From Pseudomonadota bacterium (lineage in GTDB: Bacteria; Pseudomonadota; Alphaproteobacteria; Rhodobacterales; Rhodobacteraceae), in contig JBCBGY010000001.1 in the NCBI GenBank assembly GCA_038526275.1, positions 16,344-80,343 on the forward strand: a stretch of 64,000 nucleotides of DNA. The letters run 5' to 3'. The notes beneath the pieces are model-generated. The model was given only the letters and a program-made list of their open reading frames with translations, made no database searches and was not told the DNA's origin. A program made the translations under genes and the position numbers. Positions within the stretch are counted from its first letter, which is position 1; each line of letters starts with the position of its first letter. Positions 1 to 9,139 of this stretch are shown piece by piece.

Positions 1-1
1 G

Positions 2-997
2 TTGGGAGGCGTCTATATTGGCCTGGAGGACTGGCCCCGCACCGAACAGGTGATCCGCACGCTAAAGCGGGCCAACACAGAACGCGGCAACGCCATCGCC
101 GATCAACTGACCCTTGCAGTATTGCAAGCACAGGATCGCCAGGATGAGGTTCTGTCCTTCCTCGACGAACTTGCCTCGGAAGAGGGTGGCAATCTTGGCG
201 CCGAAATCGGTGTGCTGGATCTGCACCTGCAAAATGGCGAATTGGACAAGGCCGGCGAACATCTGGCCGGTCTGCTGGAACGCCGACCCGAGGATCGCGG
301 CCTTCGGTTCCTTGATGCCGTGCTGGAGGGCCTACAAGGGAATCCAGATGCGGCCATTGCCGGTTACCGAGAACTGTTGGCAGAGGACCCGGGCACAGAG
401 CGGATTTGGCTGGAACTGATCCGGTCGCTCAACGCCCAAGGGTTGGCTGACGAGGCTATGGCCGCTCTTCGCGACGGCATTGCCGCCAATCCCGAAGCCC
501 CCAACCTGCAATGGATGCTGGCAAGCCGTCTGGAAGCGGACGGCGACTTCGAGGGCGCCCTGAGTATCTATGAGGCGCTTTACGATCAGAATACCTCGAC
601 CAGCGTCATCGCCAATAACTTCGCCAGCCTATTGTCGACGCTGCGCGACGATCCGGAAAGCCTTGATCGCGCCTACCGCGTCGCCCGTCGCCTGCGGGAC
701 AGCGATTTCCCACCGTTTCAGGACACATATGGCTGGATTGCATACTTGCGGGGCGACCATGAAGAAGCCCTGCGACATCTGGAACCGGCTGCAAGAAGCC
801 TGGCCGAAGATCCGCAGGTGCAATACCATTTGGCGAAAACTTACATTGCCTTGAAGCAACCTGAAAAGGCCCGCCCGGTTCTGGAACGCGCCTTGGACAT
901 CGCAGGCGACGATCCGCGCCCCATCTTCGAAGATGCCCGCGAACAGCTGAACAAGCTCAGTTCCGCCGAAAGCACAGCTCCCACAGCCTCAGAGTGA
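2..997 (+). CDS. Tetratricopeptide-repeat protein of an exosortase/EPS locus (5'-truncated by window edge)
   Basis: Repeating helical TPR-like units (e.g. YGWIAYLRGDHEEALRHLE, QYHLAKTYIALKQPEKAR); lies upstream of wza-like and exosortase genes. Confidence 0.75.
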   Translation: MGGVYIGLEDWPRTEQVIRTLKRANTERGNAIADQLTLAVLQAQDRQDEVLSFLDELASEEGGNLGAEIGVLDLHLQNGELDKAGEHLAGLLERRPEDRGLRFLDAVLEGLQGNPDAAIAGYRELLAEDPGTERIWLELIRSLNAQGLADEAMAALRDGIAANPEAPNLQWMLASRLEADGDFEGALSIYEALYDQNTSTSVIANNFASLLSTLRDDPESLDRAYRVARRLRDSDFPPFQDTYGWIAYLRGDHEEALRHLEPAARSLAEDPQVQYHLAKTYIALKQPEKARPVLERALDIAGDDPRPIFEDAREQLNKLSSAESTAPTASE

Positions 998-1124
998 TGC
1001 GTAAAAACGACGATACCTGACCGGTTGTGGCGATTGGTCGAGAATTTTGGCCGAATACCTTCTCTACCCCGCCGCAATCGCTTATCCCGTAAACAAAGAC
1101 TAAACGATGCGGGTAGGGATCGAG

Positions 1125-1718
1125 ATGCGTAGCCTATGTTTTCTGCTGCTTTCGCTCTTTTTTGTGTCGGCCGCTGCCGCACAGAATTATGGCATCCAGC
1201 CAGGCGATAATCTTCAGATCGAGGTTGTTGAAGACAACACCTTGAACCGCTCGGTTCTTGTCACGCCTGACGGTCGGATAAGCTTCCCGCTGGCGGGCAC
1301 AGTCGACGTCGGCAACCGCACAGTTGAACAGGTCCGTCGTACGCTCATCAGCCGCCTGGCCCCGAACTTTGCCAACCCACCCACCGTGTTCGTTGCGGTG
1401 AGCCGGTTGGGCGAACGGCAACCGGAACCAGAAGCAGCGCTGGACACGATGACGATCTACCTTCTGGGAGAGGTCGAAAGCCCCGGCCCAAAACAGGTCG
1501 AATCCGGTCTGTCTATCCTGCAATTCCTGTCAACAAGCGGCGGATTTACCCGTTTCGCCGCGACCAAGCGCGTGCAAATCCGCCGGCGGGTTGGTCACAC
1601 CGAGAAACTGGTGAAGGTGAATTACCACGCCTTGGCACGGGGTGCGCGCCTTGTCCGCGATGTCATCCTGCACGATGGGGACGTCATCCTCGTCCCCGAA
1701 CGCCGCCTGTTCGAGTAA
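1125..1718 (+). CDS. Polysaccharide biosynthesis/export protein (Wza-like, Poly_export + SLBB)
   Basis: Signal peptide, then YGIQPGDNLQIEV...VTPDGRISFPLAG; SLBB-like GEVESPG...GGFTRFA; ends LHDGDVILVPE. Start set at ATG 1125 (alternative 1107). Confidence 0.9.
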   Translation: MRSLCFLLLSLFFVSAAAAQNYGIQPGDNLQIEVVEDNTLNRSVLVTPDGRISFPLAGTVDVGNRTVEQVRRTLISRLAPNFANPPTVFVAVSRLGERQPEPEAALDTMTIYLLGEVESPGPKQVESGLSILQFLSTSGGFTRFAATKRVQIRRRVGHTEKLVKVNYHALARGARLVRDVILHDGDVILVPERRLFE

Positions 1719-1722
1719 CCCG

Positions 1723-3102
1723 ATGAGGCTAAAGGACGCCCGTGGCAAGACATTGGGTCTGGCGCTGGTGATTGGGTCCGTGGGCGGTGTGATGGCGCAA
1801 GAGCGTCAACCACCTCCCGGCATCGAATACACGCTTGATGTCTCAACCGGCATTGTGACCAGCGATAACCTCGAGAACGTGGCCGACCCGAGCGGTCGTT
1901 CGACGTTTTCGCGGACGAACCTCACCTTCGGGGCACGCTCGCAAACGCGGACATCAAACCTGGCGCTTAGCTTCGGCGGTCGGCTGGAAGCCGGACACTT
2001 CGCCGAGGACGATGACACGACAACCCAGTTTGAAAACCCGTTCATCAACCTGTCCTACAGTCAGGAAGCGAAACGGGCCAATTTTACGTTCTTCGGCTCC
2101 TACCGCGAAACCGACATCAACCGCAGCCGCATCGTCGAGGACGAGTTCGAGAATGAAGACCTGATCGAGGATGACGGCACCCGGGCCGACACCGATCTGC
2201 GTTTTGGGATTGAGACCGACCCTGGCGGCACATGGGGCACCAGCCTCGACCTTCGCTATCGCACGCGGAGCTTTGACGGTGTCACCAGCGACGAACTGAC
2301 TGATACCGAACTCTTTTCCATCACCGCCGGTCTGCGGATGCTGGTAACCCCCACAACGACTGTCCGCCTGACGGCGTTCCAGTCGACCTTCACCGATGAT
2401 GACGAAGACAACACCGAGCAGAACACGTTCCGCTACGGGGGGTCAGTCAGCTATGACTTTACCCGAACGACCCGGTTCAATGCGGGCCTGTTCCATGTGC
2501 GCCTGGAAACCGATACCGATGACGACACCGATGTGGATGAGGGGCCGTCCTTCAATTTCGGCGTAGAACATGACCGACCCAACGGTGTGATCGCGGCGAA
2601 TTTTGCCAACAACGTTGTCCGCAACGGCCGGAGGCAAACCTTACGGGTGCGCCGCGACTACGAACTGAAACGCGGGGATCTGAGCTTTTCGGTCGGTGCG
2701 ACGCAGACCAACGGCAATGGGTGGGACCCGCTGTTTGGTGTCACCTACCAAGAAGATCTGAAGCGCGGCTCCTACCAGCTTCGACTCAGCCAGAACGGCC
2801 GGACCGATACTGATGGAGATTCGTTCACCAATACCCGGTTCAGCGCCAATTATCGGCATGATATCAATAGCATCTCCGGTCTGGAGCTTGATCTCGCCCT
2901 TACCGAAAGTGAAGCCGATGCCGAGGATGGCACAGACCGCCGCCGAACATCGTTCGGCGTGACCTACAGGCGGGATCTCACCCGCGACTGGCAGTTGCGC
3001 ACGGGCTATGAACATCGGGTAAGCCGGACCAATGACGAAGATACCCGCCGCACAAATACCTTATTCGCGACGATCAATCGCAGTTTTTCCCTGCGACCTT
3101 AG
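1723..3102 (+). CDS. Outer-membrane beta-barrel protein of EPS/exosortase locus
   Basis: Signal peptide, alternating beta-strand pattern, aromatic-rich C-terminal strand (TLFATINRSFSLRP); start placed at ATG 1723 just after the wza stop. Confidence 0.7.
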   Translation: MRLKDARGKTLGLALVIGSVGGVMAQERQPPPGIEYTLDVSTGIVTSDNLENVADPSGRSTFSRTNLTFGARSQTRTSNLALSFGGRLEAGHFAEDDDTTTQFENPFINLSYSQEAKRANFTFFGSYRETDINRSRIVEDEFENEDLIEDDGTRADTDLRFGIETDPGGTWGTSLDLRYRTRSFDGVTSDELTDTELFSITAGLRMLVTPTTTVRLTAFQSTFTDDDEDNTEQNTFRYGGSVSYDFTRTTRFNAGLFHVRLETDTDDDTDVDEGPSFNFGVEHDRPNGVIAANFANNVVRNGRRQTLRVRRDYELKRGDLSFSVGATQTNGNGWDPLFGVTYQEDLKRGSYQLRLSQNGRTDTDGDSFTNTRFSANYRHDINSISGLELDLALTESEADAEDGTDRRRTSFGVTYRRDLTRDWQLRTGYEHRVSRTNDEDTRRTNTLFATINRSFSLRP

Positions 3103-3216
3103 CGCTTGGTTAATGACACTCATGTGATCCCTTGTGCGGGTCGAAATCTTTAGCCTTTTGAGCTATGTGATCGACCGCGGGGGCGTCATCGAGCACCATT
3201 GTTGGGGACCGACGAG

Positions 3217-4800
3217 ATGAATGTGAATATTGCTGGCGTTCGGTCGGTTAATCCGCTGGGCCTTTTCTTCTTTTCCCTGCTTATGGTGGCCTCAGTCCCG
3301 ATTTTTTGGTTGGGATTTGAATCGCTTGCCCGTGCCTGGGCCACGCCGGAATACAGCCACGGGCCACTGATCCCGCTTATTTCGCTTTACCTCTTCATCC
3401 GAGAGCTTCGTAACTCTCCGCCGCTCGAGCCGGTCGTAACCGATCGGGCCCCGGGTGTCGTTGTGATCGTTGTGTCGCTGGCCATCGCCATTCTGGGCAA
3501 TATCGCGCGTATACCTGACATCGTGACCTATGCCTTCATCCTATGGACAGGCGGCGTTACGCTGACGGTTTTTGGTTGGAAACGCGGCATCACCCACTGG
3601 GCACCCGTTCTGCATCTGATCTTCATGTTGCCCCTGCCCCAGTTCTTGTACTGGCAGATGACCATCTTCCTCCAGGGCGTGTCGTCTGAACTGGGTGTGT
3701 GGTTTGTTCGTATGGCCGGTGTGTCGGTCTTCCTGGAAGGCAACATCATCGATCTGGGCGTCTTCAAACTGCAAGTGGCCGAGGCCTGTTCCGGCCTGCG
3801 TTACCTGTTCCCGATCCTCAGCTTTAGCTATCTGATGGCCATCCTCTACCGCGGGCCGATCTGGCATAAGGCGATCCTGTTGCTGTCCGCCGCGCCGTTG
3901 ACCGTGTTCATGAACTCGTTCCGCATCGGTGTTGTGGGCGTTGTGGTTAACTCCTACGGTATTGAGCATGCTGAAGGCTTCATGCACTTCTTCGAAGGCT
4001 GGATCATCTTTATCGCCTGCATTGCGATCCTGTTCCTGATGGCCATTTGCCTGCAGCGGCTGACACCAAACCCACTGCCCCTGTCGCAGGCCATCGATCT
4101 GGATTTCGAAGGTTTCGGCCCGATCATGGCCCGGATCGCTGGCATCAAGCTTTCCAAAGCGATGATTGCCGCTTGCGCCATCACTATCGCCATCACCTCT
4201 GCCTGGATCGTCTTCAAGCCGAATGGCGAGACAGTGCAGCTTGACCGTGACCCGTTTGTGCTGTTCCCAAATCGGATCGATGGCTGGGTTTCTGTTCGGA
4301 GCTCGCTGGAGCCAGAGGTCGAAGCGACGCTGGCTGCGGATGATTACCTGAACGCCACATTCTCCACTGCGGGTGAGCCGGCTGGTGTGAACATGTTCAT
4401 CGCCTACTATCACAACCAGACGGATGGTTCCGGCATCCATTCGCCCGAGGTCTGCCTGCCGGTGGGGGGCTGGGAAGTATTCAATCTGGCCGAGCACGAG
4501 GTGAGCTTTCCCGACTCAGTCTATGGCACGTTCAATGTGAACCGGGCGGTCATCGAAAAGGGCCTGTCACGGCAGCTGGTCTATTACTGGTTCGAACAGC
4601 GCGGCAAGCGGATGACCAACGACTTCGCCGCCAAGCTGAGCGTGGTCTATGACAGCCTGAGCGAAGGCCGCACCGACGGTTCGCTGATCCGTTTCGTCAC
4701 ACCGATTGCGCGTGGAGAAACCGAAGCGGAAGCCGAGGCCCGCATGCAACGCCTGATCGGGACGGTTCTTCCGAAGTTGCCTCGTTTCGTGCCGAACTGA
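3217..4800 (+). CDS. xrtD: Exosortase, XrtD (VPLPA-CTERM-specific) type, fused to C-terminal EpsI domain
   Basis: EYSHGPLIP, catalytic [22 protein letters not shown] motifs; EpsI domain with [12 protein letters not shown] and LVYYWF; subfamily assignment from sequence style and Rhodobacterales context. Confidence 0.85.
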   Translation: MNVNIAGVRSVNPLGLFFFSLLMVASVPIFWLGFESLARAWATPEYSHGPLIPLISLYLFIRELRNSPPLEPVVTDRAPGVVVIVVSLAIAILGNIARIPDIVTYAFILWTGGVTLTVFGWKRGITHWAPVLHLIFMLPLPQFLYWQMTIFLQGVSSELGVWFVRMAGVSVFLEGNIIDLGVFKLQVAEACSGLRYLFPILSFSYLMAILYRGPIWHKAILLLSAAPLTVFMNSFRIGVVGVVVNSYGIEHAEGFMHFFEGWIIFIACIAILFLMAICLQRLTPNPLPLSQAIDLDFEGFGPIMARIAGIKLSKAMIAACAITIAITSAWIVFKPNGETVQLDRDPFVLFPNRIDGWVSVRSSLEPEVEATLAADDYLNATFSTAGEPAGVNMFIAYYHNQTDGSGIHSPEVCLPVGGWEVFNLAEHEVSFPDSVYGTFNVNRAVIEKGLSRQLVYYWFEQRGKRMTNDFAAKLSVVYDSLSEGRTDGSLIRFVTPIARGETEAEAEARMQRLIGTVLPKLPRFVPN

Positions 4801-4918
4801 CTTTTGGCGTAACGGTTGCCGGACCCGGCAGGTCTTGCCATCACCTTGCCCAAAATGTCACCGCAGAATGCGGTAATGAACTCGACAGTTCGCCTAATAC
4901 CTTACACATTTCCTTGGC

Positions 4919-6349
4919 ATGAACGAAGGTGCCAAGATGCGTGCCATGACTGATCGCAGCAGCGGCAACCCCGACAGGTTGGGCCTGGCCCTGCTGGTGG
5001 CCGTCATCGCCGTTTGCGCTGGTGCGGAACTCCTATTTCTTGCGGCGGACTGGGGGGTGCTCGACATCCCCCGCCTGCGCCAACGCGCCTATGATAACGG
5101 TGCGTTCCGTCCCCAACTGTTGCTGGGCACCTGGCGGCCGAACTATGCAGCGCAGCCCTGGACCATGTTTCTGACTTACGGCTTTCTGCATGGCGGGCCT
5201 ATCCATATGCTCGTAAATATGGCGACGCTTTGGTCCATCGGCCTACTGGTCCTGGACCGGATCGGGCCAAAAGGCTTGGCGTTACTTTATCTTGGCGCCC
5301 TACTAGGCGGCGCAGTCGCATATGGCGTGATTTCAGAATCGTTGCGCCTGATGGTGGGGGCATCTGGCGCACTATTTGGACTAGCCGGGGCCATGGTGAT
5401 CTGGCTTTGGGTCGACCGCGACCTGCATGCCGGCAACTTGCGGCTGATGTGGAACCTTTTGGGGTATCTGCTGGCGATGAACCTGGTCATGTACTGGGCG
5501 CTCGACGGTCAACTGGCCTGGGAAACCCACCTTGGGGGGTTCCTCGTGGGCTGCGGGTTGGGCTACACCCTCGATCGCCCGAGGAACGAACATTCCGAAG
5601 CAGAGATCGACCCGCCCGAACCGAGAAGGCTGACGTACCTCGTGGGCGACATACATGGCTGCTTCGCCCAACTCGACAACATGCTGGACCAAATCGCCCA
5701 ACATCGAAACGGACGCCCTGCGGATCTGGTCTTTCTCGGTGACTATGTCGACAGAGGTCCGGACAGCGCAGGAGTGTTGGAGCGCCTCATGGAACTGGAA
5801 CGTTCCCCCGACGTGACCTGCCTGATGGGCAATCACGACGTGATGATGCTGGGCTTCCTCGACGAACCTACCACAAAGGGTACCAGTTGGATGATCAATG
5901 GCGGCCAGGAAGCGCTGATCAGCTTTGGCCTCAATCCAATGGTCGCCGCACCCGATGCGGCCAGCCGGCAGACTCAACTGGCCCAAGGCCTGCGCGCCGC
6001 CATGCCCGACGGATTGGAAGACTGGATCAGAACAAGGCCGCTTTGGTGGCAAAGCGGCAATGTCATTGCTGCCCACGCTTTGACCATTCCTGATGCTCCG
6101 ATGTCGGAGCAAAGTGACGCAGTTCTGCTCTGGGCCAGGCCAAAGAAGGACACGCCGGCCCGATATGACGGCACTTGGGTCGTTCATGGTCATACAATTG
6201 TCCCAGAACCACGCATAACACCGGGATATATCGCTATTGATACAGGAGTATTCCGAACCGGTCGCCTGACTGCCGTGGTTTTAGGCGATGGACCAACACA
6301 GTTCCTGCAGGCAACAACCATGGTGGCATTCGCTGAGCAGACAGGATAA
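4919..6349 (+). CDS. Rhomboid intramembrane serine protease fused to a PPP-family (calcineurin-like) metallophosphoesterase
   Basis: One ORF: rhomboid motifs FLHGGPIHMLVN, GASG (Ser149), AWETHLGG (His204); then GDIHG, GDYVDRG, GNHD, HGHT, IDTG. Start uncertain (4919/4937/4946). Confidence 0.85.
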   Translation: MNEGAKMRAMTDRSSGNPDRLGLALLVAVIAVCAGAELLFLAADWGVLDIPRLRQRAYDNGAFRPQLLLGTWRPNYAAQPWTMFLTYGFLHGGPIHMLVNMATLWSIGLLVLDRIGPKGLALLYLGALLGGAVAYGVISESLRLMVGASGALFGLAGAMVIWLWVDRDLHAGNLRLMWNLLGYLLAMNLVMYWALDGQLAWETHLGGFLVGCGLGYTLDRPRNEHSEAEIDPPEPRRLTYLVGDIHGCFAQLDNMLDQIAQHRNGRPADLVFLGDYVDRGPDSAGVLERLMELERSPDVTCLMGNHDVMMLGFLDEPTTKGTSWMINGGQEALISFGLNPMVAAPDAASRQTQLAQGLRAAMPDGLEDWIRTRPLWWQSGNVIAAHALTIPDAPMSEQSDAVLLWARPKKDTPARYDGTWVVHGHTIVPEPRITPGYIAIDTGVFRTGRLTAVVLGDGPTQFLQATTMVAFAEQTG

Positions 6350-6381
6350 GCGCAGCTCAACAATCCGCCAAAGAGGTCTAA

Positions 6382-7794
6382 ATGATATACCCCGTCATTC
6401 TCTGTGGTGGTTCTGGCACCCGTTTGTGGCCCAGTTCCCGCAGATCCTACCCCAAGCAATTCACAGGCTTCTTTGGCGACGAGACCCTGTTTCAAGTCAC
6501 GCTGAAGCGCCTGACCGGGCCGGATTTCGGCCAGCCGCTGGTGATGACAAATGCCGACTTCCGGTTCATCGCAACCGAACAGTGCGAAGCCGTTGGATTG
6601 GCCGATGCGCGCGTTGTGATCGAGCCCGCATTGCGCAATACGGCCCCCGCCATTCTGGCAGCAGCCTTGTTGCTGGAAAACGAACCGGACGCCTTGATGC
6701 TGGTCGCCCCGTCCGACCATGTCATGACCGGAATTGACAGCTTTCTGGAAGCCGTCCGCGAAGGCGCCAAATCCGCCGCTGCAGGCAAGTTGGTCACCTT
6801 TGGTGTGACGCCGGATCGCCCTGAAACGGGTTACGGCTATCTCGAACTGGCCGCCCAACCTGACGGTCTGGCAGCATACCCCCTGACCAGCTTTACAGAA
6901 AAACCTGACCTGGAAACGGCTCAAGCCCTGCTGGCGGGCGGCAAACACCTGTGGAATGCGGGCCTGTTTCTGTTCCGGGTCCGCGACATCATCGCAGCGT
7001 TCGAGGCCCATGCACCAGATATGATGGCCCCCGTCCGAAAATCGGTGGAAACCGGCGAAACCGATTTGGGCTTTTTCCGTCTGGGCGAAGATGCCTATGC
7101 CGGTGCCCCATCGGACAGCATAGACTATGCGGTGATGGAAAAGGCCGACAATATTGCCGCCGTGCCCCTGACCAACGGCTGGTCAGACCTTGGCAGCTGG
7201 GATGCGCTCTGGGCTGCGTCGGATCCCGACTCAGACGGTATCGTAACGCAAGGGTCGGCCACCGCCGTCGACTGTGCGAATACGTTCCTGCGATCAGAAG
7301 AGGACAGTCTGCACCTGGTCGGAGTCGGTCTGAACAATGTCGTTGCCGTCGCCATGCGCGATGCTGTGCTCGTTGCCGACATGGAGAAGGCGCAGGATGT
7401 CAAGAAGGCAGTAACTCTGCTAAAACAATCTCAGGTTGAACAAGCGGAACACTATCCGCGTTTCCATAGACCATGGGGTTGGTATGAAACTTTGTGTCTG
7501 GGACAGCGTTTTCAGGTCAAGCGGATCATGGTGAAGCCGGGTGGTATCCTGTCATTACAAAGCCATGTCCATCGGTCGGAACACTGGATCGTCGTGGGCG
7601 GAACCGCAGAAGTTACCGTTGGTGAAGAGAAAAAACTGCTGACAGAAAACGAATCTGTCTACATTCCTCTGGGCGCCGTGCATCGCATGGCCAATCCTGG
7701 ACGGGTGCCCATGTACCTGATTGAGGTCCAAACAGGCACCTATCTGGGGGAAGATGACATTGTTCGTTACGAAGATGTTTACAATCGGGGCTAG
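6382..7794 (+). CDS. manC: Mannose-1-phosphate guanylyltransferase / mannose-6-phosphate isomerase
   Basis: PVILCGGSGTRLWP, PKQF, RNTAPAI, ETGYGY, EKPD, WNAG, SIDYAVME, WSDLGSW, C-terminal cupin RPWG...HRSEHW. Confidence 0.95.
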   Translation: MIYPVILCGGSGTRLWPSSRRSYPKQFTGFFGDETLFQVTLKRLTGPDFGQPLVMTNADFRFIATEQCEAVGLADARVVIEPALRNTAPAILAAALLLENEPDALMLVAPSDHVMTGIDSFLEAVREGAKSAAAGKLVTFGVTPDRPETGYGYLELAAQPDGLAAYPLTSFTEKPDLETAQALLAGGKHLWNAGLFLFRVRDIIAAFEAHAPDMMAPVRKSVETGETDLGFFRLGEDAYAGAPSDSIDYAVMEKADNIAAVPLTNGWSDLGSWDALWAASDPDSDGIVTQGSATAVDCANTFLRSEEDSLHLVGVGLNNVVAVAMRDAVLVADMEKAQDVKKAVTLLKQSQVEQAEHYPRFHRPWGWYETLCLGQRFQVKRIMVKPGGILSLQSHVHRSEHWIVVGGTAEVTVGEEKKLLTENESVYIPLGAVHRMANPGRVPMYLIEVQTGTYLGEDDIVRYEDVYNRG

Positions 7795-7873
7795 AAGCCC
7801 CGCGACCTTTGAACCCCTCTCGTCGATGCGCTAAGGCGCACGGTAGAACTGGCGCAGGAAAGCGAAGCACTAC

Positions 7874-9139
7874 ATGAAGGTCATAATTTTCGGGCTCGGC
7901 TATGTGGGATTTACGGCGGGATGCTGCATCTCGTCAGAAGGCCACCAGGTCATCGGCGTCGATGTGAGCCAGAAGAAAGTGGATGCGATCAATGGCGGCG
8001 AAGCCCCAATCGTAGAACCCAAGGTTGCAGAAATGTTGAGCGACGCTCAGTCCAAGGGACTGTTTATCGCCGACACGCAGATTGGCAGCTATCTTGAAGG
8101 GGCAGATCTGGCGATCGTCTGTGTGGGCACGCCGTCAGCCGCCGATGGATCGCACAACATGGCATATATTGCCGATGTGAGCCGCCAGATCGCCCGGGCC
8201 CTGGCAGAGGGCACGGGAAAGCTGACCATCGCTTACCGGTCGACCATTCGCCCGGGCACGATCGAAGAGCTGATCCTGCCCATCTTCCGCTCAATCCTTG
8301 GAGACGAGACCGACGAACGGGTATCGCTGGTCTATAACCCGGAATTCCTGCGCGAAGGTTCTGCTGTTAAGGACTATTTCGAACCGCCGAAGATCGTGAT
8401 TGGCACACATGACGGCCAACCGAACCCGGCCATGGAAACCCTGAACGCCAATATCACTGCGCCGACCTTCTATGTTGGCTTCCGCGAGGCCGAGGTAACA
8501 AAGTTCGTCGACAATACCTGGCACGCTGTGAAAGTGGCCTTCGCCAATGAGATTGGGCGGGTCTGCCTTCAGACCGGTATATCGGCCAAGAAGGTGCATG
8601 AGATCTTCGTCAGCGACACCAAGCTGAACATCTCCCCCTACTACATGCGTCCGGGGGGAGCCTTTGGCGGGTCCTGCTTGCCCAAGGATGTGCGGGCGCT
8701 GCAGTATATTGGGGCCGACACAGGGTCGAACCTGCACTTGGTGGACAGCCTGATCCGCTCGAATGAGGCCCACAAGCATGCTCTTTTCGCCCATGCCGTT
8801 GATGGGTTGAAAGAAGGGGCATCGGTTTTGATGGCGGGCTTGGCCTTTAAGGCCGGAACCGACGATCTGCGCGAAAGCCCGAATGTCGATCTTGCACGGA
8901 AACTGCTGGCTGCGGGCTACAAGCTGGACATTTTTGATCCAGCCATCGCTGCCGATATGCTTGTCGGCGCGAACCTTGGCTATGCATTCAGCCAGTTGCC
9001 GACATTGGAGCGCATCCTTGTTGACCGAGACACGGCGCGCAACGGCAGCTACGATCGGGTGATCTCGACCAACGCGACGGTAAAGCAGTTAGATTTGCCT
9101 GCCGAAACCGAAATCCTAGATTTGGGGACGCTGCCATAA
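7874..9139 (+). CDS. GDP-mannose 6-dehydrogenase-like nucleotide-sugar dehydrogenase (AlgD-like)
   Basis: FGLGYVG, CVGTPS, NPEFLREG, YYMRPGGAFGGSCLPKDVRAL, GLAFKAGTDDLRESP, close to AlgD wording; adjacent to manC. Confidence 0.85.
   Translation: MKVIIFGLGYVGFTAGCCISSEGHQVIGVDVSQKKVDAINGGEAPIVEPKVAEMLSDAQSKGLFIADTQIGSYLEGADLAIVCVGTPSAADGSHNMAYIADVSRQIARALAEGTGKLTIAYRSTIRPGTIEELILPIFRSILGDETDERVSLVYNPEFLREGSAVKDYFEPPKIVIGTHDGQPNPAMETLNANITAPTFYVGFREAEVTKFVDNTWHAVKVAFANEIGRVCLQTGISAKKVHEIFVSDTKLNISPYYMRPGGAFGGSCLPKDVRALQYIGADTGSNLHLVDSLIRSNEAHKHALFAHAVDGLKEGASVLMAGLAFKAGTDDLRESPNVDLARKLLAAGYKLDIFDPAIAADMLVGANLGYAFSQLPTLERILVDRDTARNGSYDRVISTNATVKQLDLPAETEILDLGTLP

Noticed and set aside
1089-1103. 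GTAA-N7-CTAA upstream of the wza-like gene as a CtrA site
   Set aside because: Two mismatches and no independent support; within chance expectation
4964-4978. GGCAACCCCGACAGG matches the tRNA-Arg 3' end (19379-19393) at 14 of 15 nt, suggesting an att site
   Set aside because: Short and imperfect, lies inside a coding region, no integrase present, and the 14 kb between contains core genes (ade, amn, HU)
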